This document shows positions 50,504-62,064 of a DNA stretch of 64,000 bases, in pieces. The notes beneath the pieces are model-generated. The model saw nothing but the letters and a program-made list of their open reading frames with translations, was not told the origin of the DNA and ran no database searches. Origin of the DNA: an uncultured delta proteobacterium (lineage in GTDB: Bacteria; Myxococcota; Myxococcia; SLRQ01). The stretch's first letter is position 1. Every line of letters starts with the position of its first letter. Location of the stretch: the NCBI GenBank assembly GCA_963727485.1, contig CAVSGM010000001.1:544001-608000 (forward strand), written 5' to 3'. The position numbers and the translations under genes are program-made.

Positions 50504-51370
50504 CTACCCGGAGAGGCCGGTGAGGGAAAGGCTCACCTCCCAGAGGCGCCGGCCGGCGTCGTCGTCCCGGGCCGCCTTGGACGGGGTGACCTCCCTACGG
50601 TCCGAGAAGTAGCGTCCCGAGACCTCGGCGGCCTCGGGGCTCGCCGCCAGGAACACCGAGGTGGCGGCCCCGTCGGTGGGGCTCTTCAGCAGCGGCCGGG
50701 CGATGCGGATCGCCACGCCCATGATCCCCTTGAGGTCTCCGTCGCGGCCGAAGCCGCTGCCGATGACCCCCGGGTGGCAGCAGTTGGCCACCACGCCCTC
50801 GCCCTCGAGGCGCCGGGCGAGCTCCCGGGTGAAGAGGACGTTGGCGAGCTTGCTGGCCCCGTAGACCGCGAACGAGGTGTAGGGGCGCTTCTCGAACATC
50901 AGGTCGTCGAAGTCGAGGCCCGGCGACCGGGTGTGGGCCCGGGAGGAGACGGTGACCACCCGCGCCGGGGCGCTGTGGGCCAGGCGCGCCCGGAGGAGGT
51001 GGGTGAGGAGGAACGGCGCCAGGTGGTTCACCGCGAAGGTGGTCTCGTAGCCGTCGGGGGTCTGGGTGCGCTCGGAGAGGATCAGCCCGGCGTTGTTCAC
51101 CAGGACGTCGAGGCGATCGGTGGCGCCGAGGACGTGATCGGCGAGACCGCGCACCGCCTCGAGACGGGCGAGGTCGGCGACGGCGGGCTCCACCCGGTCG
51201 TGTCCCGCGGCCTCGCGGATCCGCCCCACCGCCGCGTCGACCTTGGACGCGCTGCGGCCGTGGACCAGCACCCGGGCGCCGCGGCGGGCCAGCTCGAGGG
51301 CCGTGGCCTCGCCGATGCCGGTGTTGGCCCCGGTGACCAGGACCACCTTTCCTTCGAGGTTCGCGCTCAT
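50504..51370 (-). CDS. Short-chain dehydrogenase/reductase (retinol-DH-like)
   Basis: TGANTGIG, NNAG, VNHLAPFLL, YGASK. Confidence 0.93.
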   Translation of the reverse strand: MSANLEGKVVLVTGANTGIGEATALELARRGARVLVHGRSASKVDAAVGRIREAAGHDRVEPAVADLARLEAVRGLADHVLGATDRLDVLVNNAGLILSERTQTPDGYETTFAVNHLAPFLLTHLLRARLAHSAPARVVTVSSRAHTRSPGLDFDDLMFEKRPYTSFAVYGASKLANVLFTRELARRLEGEGVVANCCHPGVIGSGFGRDGDLKGIMGVAIRIARPLLKSPTDGAATSVFLAASPEAAEVSGRYFSDRREVTPSKAARDDDAGRRLWEVSLSLTGLSG

Positions 51371-52551
51371 GGGCCGAGGTTGTCCCAGCTGGGGTCGTCG
51401 CCCAGCTCCTGGCCCAGCCAGGCGCCCAGCGAGGTGCTCCCCACCGCCTGGGTGGTGAGGCTCCCGTGGAGGAAGGTGTGGCTGGTGCCCGACTGCAGGT
51501 ACATCTTGAAGTTGGGCGCGCCCGCCAGGACGTTGTCCCGCAGGTTCGTCAGCCCGGCCTCGAAGTCCGCGGCGGGCATGGCGTCGGGGTAGTTGCACTG
51601 CGGGCTGTAGCCGTAGCTGAAGAAGAGCCGGATGGTGCCGTCGTGGGTGTGGGAGAGCAGGGACAGGCGCCGGCCCGGGAACTTCTTCGCCAGGTAGGGG
51701 GCGAGGTTCACCAGGCCGCCGCCGTTGGGCTCGGTGCAGGCGGCGCAGTCCTTGGGGAGGGTGGCGTCGAGGTTCCAGATGCTCCGCCACTGCTGCTGGA
51801 GGCAGGGCTTGAGGTACTGGTCGCTCATCGGGGGCCCCGAGTCGTCGATGAGGTCGACCGGGGTGCAGCCGAAGGCGGTCTGGGTCTGGTCGTAGTTCCA
51901 GGCGGCGCCGAAGCCCCCGGCGCTGGAGCCGGCGAGGACCACCAGCTTGTCCTGCTCGAAGGTGGGCACCAGTCGCTGGAGGTACTGGTGGATGTTGGCG
52001 AAGCCCACCTGGGTCCGGCCGCCGTAGCCGTTGGTGGTGTTGCCCGCGTACACGTCGCCGGAGCAGTAGGGGATGTAGACGTAGCTCCAGTCCTTGACCG
52101 GGTTGTCGGGGTTGGTGCGGTTGAAGATCCCGGTGGTCAGCCCCCCGGACTGGGCGTCGAACCTGGTCTTTCCGTAGCCGTTGGGGTTGGCCACGCTCCC
52201 GCAGGTGTAGGGGTCGAAGCAGGCGCCGCCGCCCTCGAGGAAGATGATGACCTTGTCCGAGGCGGGGTTGAGGTTGACCCCGAGGCCCGTGGCCGAGCCG
52301 TCCATGCACCTGGTTCCGGGGAAGTCGACCCAGGTCCAGGTCTCGTCGGGGGCGGTGATCGGCGCCCCGGGTGAGAGCGTGGGATCGGGCTTGCAGGTCC
52401 AGGCGGTGGTGCCGCCGTCGGTGCCGCCGTCGCCAGCGGCGGTGCCCCCGTCGGTGCCCCCGTCGGTGCCGCCGTTTCCGGGAGGCGTGCCGCAGGCGGC
52501 GAGGGCGAAGGTCAGGACCAGGATCAGACCGGGCGGGGTCAATCGGAGCAT
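51367..52551 (-). CDS. Pectinacetylesterase/Notum-family lipoprotein
   Basis: Lipobox LAAC, CMDGS, FLEGGGAC, PYCSGD, GSSAGG. Confidence 0.88.
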   Translation of the reverse strand: MLRLTPPGLILVLTFALAACGTPPGNGGTDGGTDGGTAAGDGGTDGGTTAWTCKPDPTLSPGAPITAPDETWTWVDFPGTRCMDGSATGLGVNLNPASDKVIIFLEGGGACFDPYTCGSVANPNGYGKTRFDAQSGGLTTGIFNRTNPDNPVKDWSYVYIPYCSGDVYAGNTTNGYGGRTQVGFANIHQYLQRLVPTFEQDKLVVLAGSSAGGFGAAWNYDQTQTAFGCTPVDLIDDSGPPMSDQYLKPCLQQQWRSIWNLDATLPKDCAACTEPNGGGLVNLAPYLAKKFPGRRLSLLSHTHDGTIRLFFSYGYSPQCNYPDAMPAADFEAGLTNLRDNVLAGAPNFKMYLQSGTSHTFLHGSLTTQAVGSTSLGAWLGQELGDDPSWDNLGP

Positions 52552-52591
52552 GGGGGCCTCCAGAGTGGGCAGGCAGTCTAGCACCCGGGGC

Positions 52592-54237
52592 TCAGCTTCC
52601 GGCGAAGCGATCCACCAGGGCGCGGAGGGTGGCGGCGTCGAAGGGCTTGGCCAGGTGGCGGCCCTGCATGCGATCGAGGAAGGCGCGGGCGCGCTCGGTG
52701 AAGGCGCCGCCGGTGAGGAACCACATCCGCGCCGCCTGGTCCGGGAAGCGTTCGAGGAGCGCCTCGTGGAGCTCCATGCCCGTCATCTCCGGCATCATCA
52801 GGTCGCAGAGGATGAGATCGAAGCGTTCCCCGGCCTCGAGCTCGGCGAGGGCGGCGGTGGCCTCGGTGTGGAAGAACACCTCGTGGGTGTCCCGGAGCAT
52901 CCGCCGGATCACCGCGCCGATGAGGGTCTCGTCGTCCACCACCAGGACCCGGAGGCGCCGGGGGCGGCCGCCGGCAACTCCGGCGCCGGGGTGCCGGCCG
53001 TCGCCGTCTCCTCCGCGACCGCGGCCGCCTGGGCGGGCGTCGTCTCCTCTTCGGCCGCCGCCGGGATCCGCACCCGGAACCGGGTCCCCACCCCCGCCTG
53101 GCTCTCCACCTCGATGGTGCCGCCGGCCTCCTCGACGATGCCCTTGCACACCGCCAGCCCCAGGCCGGTGCCCACCCCCTCGGGCTTGGTGGTGAAGAAG
53201 GGCTCGAAGATCCGCGGCCGCGCCTCCCGGGGGATCCCCGGACCGTTGTCGATGACGTCGGCGAAGGCGTCGCCCTCGGCGGTGGTGCCGGTGACCAGGC
53301 GGATGGCGTTCGAGGACTCCCGGCCCTCGGGGAGGGCCTGCACCGCGTTGAGCAGGAGGTTGACGAAGACCTGGCCGAGGCGCGCGTCGTTGACCGTCAC
53401 CAGGGGCGGGGACCCGTAGTCCTTGGTGAGGACCGCCCGGTGGCGCAGCTGGTTCCACACCACCCCCAGGGCGGCGTCGAGGACCTGGCGCAGGTCCACC
53501 ACCGCGCGGCCATCGGCGTGGCGGCGTCCCAGGTGCTTCATCTCCCGGGCCAGGGTGCCCACCCGGACCACGCCCTCCCGGGCCTCGAGGAGGCGCTCGC
53601 GGAGGTCGTCGAGACGCTCCTTGCCCCTGGAGGTCTCCTCGAGGCCCTCGAGGGCCTCATCGAGGTTCGCCAGGATCCAGGTGAGGGGGTTGTTGATCTC
53701 GTGGGCGGCGCCGGCGGCCAGGGCGCCGAGGGCGGCGAGGCTCTCGGCGTGCTCGCGCTCCCGGAGGGCCCGGTCGTGGACCTCCTGGACGTCGCGGGTG
53801 GCGGTGATCACCAGGGCCACCCGGCCCTCGACCCGCACCGGCGCCAGGCGGCTCTCCACCAGGCGGTAGGTCCCGTCGCCGCAGCGCACCCGGTAGCGCA
53901 CCGGGAGGCGGTTGCCCTTCACCGCCGGCGGCAGCTCGGCGAGGAAGCGTGCCCGGTCCTCGGGATGGACGTACTCGGCCGGGTGGTGGCCCACCACCTC
54001 GGCCGGGCGGTGGCCCCATCGGGCGAGGCCCTCGGAGAGGTAGAGGTAGACGCCGTCCCGGTCGTGGACGGCGACCAGGTCGCAGGCGTCGTCGAGGGCC
54101 AGGCGCGCCAGGTCCGCCGGAAAGCCGGGCTCGGTGACGCAGCCCCCAGGCGACGCCCGCAGGATTCGGGTGATCTGGTCGACGGTCTCCTGGGACCAGG
54201 CAGCCTGGGCTGCCGACCTCCTGCCGCGATCGGACAC
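52592..54237 (-). CDS. Hybrid histidine kinase PAS-HisKA-HATPase-REC, frameshift near 52975
   Basis: VHPEDR PAS, AHEINNPL, NLLLNA, FEPFFTTK, GTGLGL; REC VLVVDDE..CDLMMP..KPF in another frame. Confidence 0.85.
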
Positions 54238-54334
54238 GTTACCCCCTCTGCCTACTCTCTCTCCGGGATGTCCCACCGGTCAAATCCCCGAGCGTGGACG
54301 GGTGCGGGCAGGGGGGATATGTCCTCCCCACGCC

Positions 54335-55294
54335 ATGGCCGCCTCCCGTCCCGCATCCCCGGCCGAAGCCGTCGCCCCCACCGTGGTGGCCCGAGGTCTC
54401 CAGAAGCGCTTCGGGGACCTCTCGGCGGTGGCCGGGGTCGACTTCGAGATCGCCCCCGGCGAGTGCTTCGGCTTCCTCGGCCCCAACGGCGCCGGGAAGA
54501 CCACCACCATGCGGATGATCTCCTGCGCGGTGCCGGTGACCGCCGGCGAGCTCACCGTGCTCGGCCTCGACGTCCGCACCCGGCCCCGGGCGGTGAAGCG
54601 GCACCTCGGCGTGGTGCCCCAGGAGAACAACCTCGACGAGGAGCTCACGGTCCGCGAGAACCTCATCCTCTACGGCCACTACTTCGACCTTCCGCGGGCC
54701 GAGGCGGCGGCGCGGGCCGATCGGCTCATCGATTTCGTGCAGCTCGTCGACAAGACCGGCGCCAAGGTCGAGGCCCTCTCCGGGGGGATGAAGCGGCGCC
54801 TGCTCATCGCCCGGGCCCTGGTCTCCGAGCCGCGCCTGGTGATCCTCGACGAGCCCACCACCGGCCTCGATCCCCAGTCGCGCCACCACGTGTGGGATCG
54901 CCTGGAGGCGCTCAAGGCCGAGAACCGCACCCTGGTGCTCACCACCCACTACATGGACGAGGCGGAGGTCCTCTGCGACCGCCTGGTGGTGATGGAGCAG
55001 GGGCGGTTCATCGCCGAGGGCCGGCCCCGGCAGCTCATCCTCGAGCATGTGGGTCGCGACGTGGTGGAGGTCGCCGGCCCCGAGGCGGTGCGCCGGCGGA
55101 TCCTCGAGCGCTACCAGGCGAAGGTCGGCGGCGCCGAGATGGTCCGGGACAAGCTCTTCCTCTACACCGGCGACGCCGACGCCCTGCTCCACGACCTCAC
55201 CGGCGGCGGCTTCGAGGGCGTCACCCTCTACGCGCGGCGCGCCACCCTCGAGGACGTGTTCTTGAGGCTCACCGGCCGGGGGCTCCGGGAGTGA
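54335..55294 (+). CDS. ABC transporter ATP-binding protein (NodI-like)
   Basis: GPNGAGKTT, LSGGMKRR, LDEPTTGLDPQ, TTHYM. Confidence 0.93.
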   Translation: MAASRPASPAEAVAPTVVARGLQKRFGDLSAVAGVDFEIAPGECFGFLGPNGAGKTTTMRMISCAVPVTAGELTVLGLDVRTRPRAVKRHLGVVPQENNLDEELTVRENLILYGHYFDLPRAEAAARADRLIDFVQLVDKTGAKVEALSGGMKRRLLIARALVSEPRLVILDEPTTGLDPQSRHHVWDRLEALKAENRTLVLTTHYMDEAEVLCDRLVVMEQGRFIAEGRPRQLILEHVGRDVVEVAGPEAVRRRILERYQAKVGGAEMVRDKLFLYTGDADALLHDLTGGGFEGVTLYARRATLEDVFLRLTGRGLRE

Positions 55295-56073
55295 GGACCG
55301 TCCTCGGCATCTCCTGGCGCGGCGCCACCCACGTGTGGTGGCGCAACTTCGTGGTCTACCGCAAGACCTGGAAGCTCAACCTCCTCCCCAACTTCTTCGA
55401 GCCGGTGTTCTACCTGGTGGGGATGGGCATCGGGCTGGGCGCCTACGTCTCCCGGGGCATCGAGGGGATGCCGTACCTGGTCTACATCGCGCCGGGGCTG
55501 GTGGCCTCCTCGGCGATGAACGGCGCGAGCTTCGAGACCACCTACAACGTGTTCGTCAAGCGCCACTTCCAGAAGGCCTACGCGGCGATCACCGCCACCC
55601 CCATCAACATCGAGGACGCGATGGTGGGGGAGCTGCTGTGGGCCACCACCCGGGGGCTGGTCTACGGCGCCATCTTCGACCTGGTGGTGGTGGCGATGGG
55701 GCTCACCGGGATCGGCCGGGGCCTGCTGCTCCTGCCGGTCATCGCCCTGACCAGCCTGGTCTTCGCCGGGGTGGGGATGCTCTTCACCAGCTTCGTGAAG
55801 ACCATCGACGCCTACTCGTTCTACTTCACCCTCTGGCTCACCCCGCTCTTCCTGTTCTCGGGGATCTTCTTTCCCGTCGAGGGCCTGCCCCACTGGGCCC
55901 GGGTCGCCGCCTGGTTCACGCCCCTCTACCACTGCGTGAACCTCGCCAAGGTGGCGGTCCACGGGGGCTTCGGCGCGTCGTCGTGGGTGGATCTCGCCTG
56001 GGGCCTGGCGGTGGGCGCGGCGTGCGCCGTGTGGTCGGTGGTGCGCCTGCGCCGGGGCTTCCTCGCCGGGTGA
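55291..56073 (+). CDS. ABC-2 permease (NodJ-like)
   Basis: [28 protein letters not shown] overlap. Confidence 0.9.
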   Translation: MRTVLGISWRGATHVWWRNFVVYRKTWKLNLLPNFFEPVFYLVGMGIGLGAYVSRGIEGMPYLVYIAPGLVASSAMNGASFETTYNVFVKRHFQKAYAAITATPINIEDAMVGELLWATTRGLVYGAIFDLVVVAMGLTGIGRGLLLLPVIALTSLVFAGVGMLFTSFVKTIDAYSFYFTLWLTPLFLFSGIFFPVEGLPHWARVAAWFTPLYHCVNLAKVAVHGGFGASSWVDLAWGLAVGAACAVWSVVRLRRGFLAG

Positions 56074-56188
56074 GCGCGCGCCGCTCCGGCCGAGGGGCGC
56101 CCCCGCGTCGCTTGCGCCCGCGCGCCTCGCGGCCTACCCGTGGTCACCGACCTTCTACCGATCAGGACCTGCGATGAGGAGACACGCG

Positions 56189-57166
<978 letters not shown>

Positions 57167-57205
57167 CGGGGAGGTGCGCCGGCGTCCGCTGGGGGCGCCG
57201 GCGCG

Positions 57206-57919
57206 TCAGTTCCCCTCGGCCGCGGCGTAGCAGACGTCGACCACGTAGGTCACCGCGGTCCCGAGGAGGGCCCCGGCGAGGACGTCGGTGAGGTAGTGCC
57301 GATCGTCCTGGATCCGCGAGAGCCCCACGAACCCCGCCACCGCGTACGCCGGCAGCCCCCACTGCCACCCGTAGCGCTGCCACACGAACGTGGCCCAGGC
57401 AAAGGCGCTGCTGGTGTGCCCCGAGGGGAAGGAGCGGTGGTCGTGGCCGTCGGGGCGCAGGCGCCCCACGCCGACCTTGAGGACGCCGGTGAGCCCGGCG
57501 GTGATCGACTGGCTCACGAAGAAGGCCTCGAGGTCGGTCCACCGGCGCGCCCGCTCCGGCTTGGGGCCGAGGGTGGCGAGGCCCAGGAGGGCGGCGCCGG
57601 TGCCGGCGAGGAGGACGGTCGGGGCGTTCTGGCCCAGGACGTCGGCGCCGCCGAGGGGGCGGGCGGTGGTGGCCCAGGCGGTGACCGCCGCGTCCTTGGA
57701 CGGCAGGGCGGCGACCCCGGCGACGACGAGGGAGAAGCTGCCGAGCTTGAGGCCCGCGTGGTCGATCAGGTGGTCCCAGGCCCGGGCGGCGACGGTGCTC
57801 GGGCGGGGCGCCGCGCGGGTGGCGGCGGCGGGCGCCGGCGCGGGGGCGGCCGGCGTCCCGGCGTGGGCGGCGGCGGGGAGCGCCAGGGCGACGAGGAGGA
57901 TCAGGGTGGGGCGGTGCAC
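57206..57919 (-). CDS. PAP2-family phosphatase
   Basis: KVGVGRLRP, SFPSGH, SRIQDDRHYLTDV. Confidence 0.9.
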   Translation of the reverse strand: MHRPTLILLVALALPAAAHAGTPAAPAPAPAAATRAAPRPSTVAARAWDHLIDHAGLKLGSFSLVVAGVAALPSKDAAVTAWATTARPLGGADVLGQNAPTVLLAGTGAALLGLATLGPKPERARRWTDLEAFFVSQSITAGLTGVLKVGVGRLRPDGHDHRSFPSGHTSSAFAWATFVWQRYGWQWGLPAYAVAGFVGLSRIQDDRHYLTDVLAGALLGTAVTYVVDVCYAAAEGN

Positions 57920-57989
57920 GGCCCCGGAGCATACCCGGGTCCGGGCGCTCCCGGCCAAGATGTCACCGTCGCCGGGCGGGCGCCGGGGG

Positions 57990-58373
57990 CTAGTAGCCGC
58001 GCATCTTCACCGCGGCGACCAGGCGACCCATGTTCCGCTCGAGGTAGCTGCGGAAGTCGTCCCGGTCGACGACCATGTCGGAGAGCACGTCGTCGAGGAG
58101 GTCCTCGAACACCCGCGTCTCCGCGTCGGGGAGCCGCCGCATGGCCATGGCGATCTTGAGGAGCGCCACCGGGTAGAGCGGGTCGACGGTCTCACCGCCG
58201 CCGACCGCCTCGGTGGGCTCGCTGCGACCGGCGGGCTCGGCGAGCTCGATCCGGTGATGCTCGGTGGCGGGCGCCGGGGCCCGTGCGGTCTCGTGGAGCT
58301 CGTTCTCGGGTTCCGCCTCGACCACGGCGACGCGGGACTTGAGGCCGCCTGCCCCCAGGTAGCGCTCGGTCAT
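57990..58373 (-). CDS. Hypothetical protein
   Basis: GGAGG RBS before ATG 58373; helical C-terminal domain. Confidence 0.55.
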   Translation of the reverse strand: MTERYLGAGGLKSRVAVVEAEPENELHETARAPAPATEHHRIELAEPAGRSEPTEAVGGGETVDPLYPVALLKIAMAMRRLPDAETRVFEDLLDDVLSDMVVDRDDFRSYLERNMGRLVAAVKMRGY

Positions 58374-58552
58374 GGGCACCTCCCCCATTCGGGTGTCGAC
58401 GTGCACACCATTCGATGCCTGCGACGCTACGCTGCCATACATCTGCTGTCAACAACCCGGCCGATGGTGTTAGATCCGGTGATCGTGCCCGGTGATCGGG
58501 GGTCCGATCGGCTTCCCAGATGGCGCCCCGGTGTGGCACCCTGCGCGGCCGG

Positions 58553-59224
58553 ATGCGGGAGCTGCGCTACATCGTGGTCGAGGGACCCATCGGCGTCGGG
58601 AAGACGACGCTCACCAAGGCCCTCACCAAGCGCTTCGGCGGCCGCACCATCTACGAGGTCGTGGAGGAGAACCCGTTCCTCGCGGACTTCTACACCAACC
58701 GCGACAAGTTCGCGTTCCAGACCCAGCTCTTCTTCCTGCTCTCGCGGTTCCGCCAGCAGGAGGACCTGGCGCAGCAGGACCTCTTCGCCCGGGTCACGGT
58801 CTCCGACTACCTCTTCGCCAAGGATCGGATCTTCGCCCAGCTCACCCTCCAGGGGGCGGAGATGGCCCTCTACGACCGGGTCTTCGACGCCCTGGGGCCC
58901 CGGGTCCCGAGGCCCGATCTGGTCATCTATCTCCAGGCGCGGATGGACGTCCTCCTCGAGCGCATCAAGCACCGGGGCCGGCCCTTCGAGCGCAACTTCG
59001 ACAAGGCCTACCTCAAGGGCCTCGCCGAGGCCTACAACAGCTTCTTCTTCCGCTACGACGAGACGCCCCTGCTGGTGGTCGACACCAGCGAGCTCAACCT
59101 CCGCGACTCCCCCGAGGCCCTCGACGCCCTGGTCCGGGAGGTGAAGTCCATGCGCGGGGGGACCCGGCACTTCGTGCCCCGCCTCGAGGCCGCCGGCGGC
59201 GAAGACGAGCCCTCCGAGGGCTGA
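58553..59224 (+). CDS. Deoxynucleoside kinase
   Basis: EGPIGVGKTT, NPFLADFY, FQTQLFFLLSR, PDLVIYL, RGRPFE. Confidence 0.93.
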   Translation: MRELRYIVVEGPIGVGKTTLTKALTKRFGGRTIYEVVEENPFLADFYTNRDKFAFQTQLFFLLSRFRQQEDLAQQDLFARVTVSDYLFAKDRIFAQLTLQGAEMALYDRVFDALGPRVPRPDLVIYLQARMDVLLERIKHRGRPFERNFDKAYLKGLAEAYNSFFFRYDETPLLVVDTSELNLRDSPEALDALVREVKSMRGGTRHFVPRLEAAGGEDEPSEG

Positions 59225-59395
59225 CGGCGGGCGGCGGGCGGCCGGGTGATGACACGGCGGCCCCGGTGGACTAGGTTCCCCACCGGCGGGCGCCACGGCC
59301 TCGTGGCCGGGTACCACGCCACGTCCCCCACCAGCGCCGACCCGAATCCCACGGGCGGCGACCCCCAAAATACGCAGCACCTACGGAGGTAAACC

Positions 59396-60262
59396 ATGAA
59401 GAAGGTTACCATCCAGACCCTCAGGCAGATGAAGCAGGCGGGCGACAAGGTCGTCATGGTCACCGCCTACGACGCCACCTTCGCCCGCATCCTCGACGAC
59501 GGCGGCGCCGACGTCCTGCTGGTCGGCGACTCCCTGGGCAACGTGATCCAGGGGCAGGACTCCACCCTCCCGGTCACCGTCGACCACATCGTCTACCACA
59601 CGGCCGCGGTGCGCCGGGGGACGAAGCGGGCGCACCTGGTCGCCGACATGCCCTTCATGAGCTACCAGGCCTCGGTCGACGAGGCGGTGAAGAACGCCGG
59701 CCGGCTCATGGCCGAGGGCGGCGCCGAGTCGGTGAAGCTCGAGGGCGGCGCCGAGTACGCCGAGGTGGTCTCGCGCATCGTCCGCGCCGGGATCCCGGTG
59801 ATGGGCCACCTCGGCCTCACCCCCCAGTCGGTCCACGCCCTCGGAGGCTACGTGGTCCAGGGGAAGACCGACGCCGCCGCCGAGAAGCTCCTCGCCGACG
59901 CGCAGGCCCTCGAGGCCGCCGGGATCTACGCCCTGGTCCTCGAGGCGGTGCCCACCGAGGTCGCCCAGAAGGTCACCGAGGCCCTCTCGGTGCCCACCAT
60001 CGGCATCGGCGCCGGGGTGGGCTGCGACGGCCAGGTGCTGGTCTGCTACGACCTGTTCGGCTTCAACCCCGACTTCAAGCCCAAGTTCGTCAAGCGCTTC
60101 GCCGACGGCTACCAGACCCTCCGGGGCGCGGTGGAGACCTACGCCGCCGAGGTCCGGGGCGGCACCTTCCCCGACGACGCCCACAGCTTCCACAAGCCCC
60201 AGGCGGTGCGGGCGGTGGAGGACGACCCGGGGAAGCTGTACGGGAGCGTCGCCGGGAAGTGA
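59396..60262 (+). CDS. panB: 3-methyl-2-oxobutanoate hydroxymethyltransferase
   Basis: [36 protein letters not shown]. Confidence 0.97.
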   Translation: MKKVTIQTLRQMKQAGDKVVMVTAYDATFARILDDGGADVLLVGDSLGNVIQGQDSTLPVTVDHIVYHTAAVRRGTKRAHLVADMPFMSYQASVDEAVKNAGRLMAEGGAESVKLEGGAEYAEVVSRIVRAGIPVMGHLGLTPQSVHALGGYVVQGKTDAAAEKLLADAQALEAAGIYALVLEAVPTEVAQKVTEALSVPTIGIGAGVGCDGQVLVCYDLFGFNPDFKPKFVKRFADGYQTLRGAVETYAAEVRGGTFPDDAHSFHKPQAVRAVEDDPGKLYGSVAGK

Positions 60263-61201
60263 CCGCGCCGCGCGTCATCGAGACCCGGGCCGGGATCGCC
60301 GCCGCCTGCGCCGAGGCCCACCGGGCCGGACGCACGGTGGCGCTGGTCCCCACCATGGGCTTCCTCCACGACGGCCACGCCGCCCTGATGAAGGCGGCGC
60401 GGCCGCGTGCCGAGGTGCTGGTGGCGACCATCTTCGTGAACCCCACCCAGTTCGGGGCCGGCGAGGATCTCGATCGCTATCCGCGCGACCTCGAGGGCGA
60501 CCTCGCGGTGTGCGCGCCGGGAGGGCGTGGATCTCGTGTTCGCCCCGCCGGATCCCGCCGAGATGTACCCGGAGGGGTTCCAGACCTGGGTGGAGGTCGA
60601 GGAGACGACGAAGCACCTGTGCGGCGCCCGGCGGCCCGGCCACTTCCGGGGGGTGACCACCGTGGTCACCAAGCTCTTCAACCTGGTGCGCCCGGAGGTC
60701 GCGGTCTTCGGCGAGAAGGACTTCCAGCAGCTGGTGACCCTGAAGACCATGGCCCGGGACCTCGACATGGGCATCGAGGTCGTCGGGGTGCCCACGGTGC
60801 GCGAGGCCGACGGGCTGGCGCGGTCGTCGCGCAACGCCTACCTCGACGCCTCGGCTCGCGAGCGGGCGCTGGGCATCGTGCGCGGCCTCCGGGCGGCCCA
60901 GGCGGCGTTCGCCGACGGGGAGCGGCGCGCCGGCGCCCTGCGCGCGGTGGTTCTCGAGTCCGTGTCCGGCGGCGCCGACGAGATCGACTACGTGGAGCTC
61001 GCGGATCCGGTGACTCTGGCGCCCCTGGCGGCGGACGCCGAGTGTGGGGCCGAGACCCGGGCGCTGGTGGCGGCGTTCTTCGACAGCGCCGGCGGCCGCA
61101 CCCGCCTCATCGACAACGCGGCCCTCGGAGACACGAGCTCCATCGGTGGGGCCGCGGTTGACCCGCGTCCCGCGGGCGCGTCCCGGGGGGGCGCCCGATG
61201 A
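60259..61201 (+). CDS. panC: Pantoate-beta-alanine ligase, frameshift near 60520
   Basis: [19 protein letters not shown]; second frame [28 protein letters not shown]. Confidence 0.92.
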
Positions 61202-61671
61202 GCAAGGAGAAGCCAGGCGCCCCGAAGGGGCGGGTGGTGGCGCGCAACAAGGAGGCGCGCCGCCGCTGGGAGATCTCCGACACCCTGGAGGCGGGCCTGG
61301 AGCTCACCGGCACCGAGGTGAAGGCCATCCGCGACGGCAAGGTGCAGCTCGCCGACAGCTACGCCGTGGTCAAGGGCGACCGAATCTTCCTCCTCAATCT
61401 CCACATCGGCCCCTACGCGCCCGCCGGACCCTACGCCCAGCACCAGCCGACGCGGACCCGGCGCCTGCTGCTCAAGCGCGCCCAGATTGAGAAGCTCATC
61501 GGCCAGATGGCCCAGAAGGGCTACAGCCTGGTGCCCCTCGACGTGCACTTCCGCGGCGCCTGGGCCAAGGTCGAGCTCGGTCTCGCCCGCGGCAAGAAGA
61601 CCGAGGACCGCCGCGAGGAGATCAAGAAGCGCACCGCCGACCGCGAGATGGCGCGGGCGTTCAAGCGCTGA
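61198..61671 (+). CDS. smpB: SsrA-binding protein
   Basis: EAGLELTGTEVKAIR, HIGPY, RTRRLLL, ARGKK..DRRE. Confidence 0.95.
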   Translation: MSKEKPGAPKGRVVARNKEARRRWEISDTLEAGLELTGTEVKAIRDGKVQLADSYAVVKGDRIFLLNLHIGPYAPAGPYAQHQPTRTRRLLLKRAQIEKLIGQMAQKGYSLVPLDVHFRGAWAKVELGLARGKKTEDRREEIKKRTADREMARAFKR

Positions 61672-61690
61672 GCGGGCGGGCTGGGGACGC

Positions 61691-62006
61691 GGACGCCGGG
61701 TGATGCGGACGCCGGGTGATGCGGACGCCGGGTGATGCGGACGCCGGGTGATGCGGACGCCGGGTGATGCGGACGCCGGGTGATGCGGACGCCGGGTGAT
61801 GCGGACGCCGGGTGATGCGGACGCCGGGTGATGCGGACGCCGGGTGATGCGGACGCCGGGTGATGCGGACGCCGGGTGATGCGGACGCCGGGTGATGCGG
61901 ACGCCGGGTGATGCGGACGCCGGGTGATGCGGACGCCGGGTGATGCGGACGCCGGGTGATGCGGACGCCGGGTGATGCGGACGCCGGGTGATGCGGACGC
62001 CGGGTG
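61691..62006. repeat. Perfect tandem array of 16-bp unit GGACGCCGGGTGATGC (19 full copies + 12-bp partial)
   Basis: Read directly; no spacers or variant units seen; last partial copy forms hairpin CCGGGT-GTCAG-ACCCGG (62000-62016). Confidence 0.97.
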
Positions 62007-62064
62007 TCAGACCCGGATTGTAGAATCAGTGCTCAATCAGGTTGGGACCGATCGGGGGAATTCG

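Noticed and set aside
54335..56073. Nodulation genes nodIJ
   Set aside because: Generic ABC-2 exporter family; no nodABC
60500..60530. Programmed frameshift in panC
   Set aside because: No slippery heptamer; similar breaks are scattered through the window
61691..62006. CRISPR array
   Set aside because: Units are contiguous and identical with no spacers, and no cas genes are in the window
61672..62064. tmRNA (ssrA) next to smpB
   Set aside because: No tRNA-like ends or tag reading frame recognised; the space is filled by the repeat
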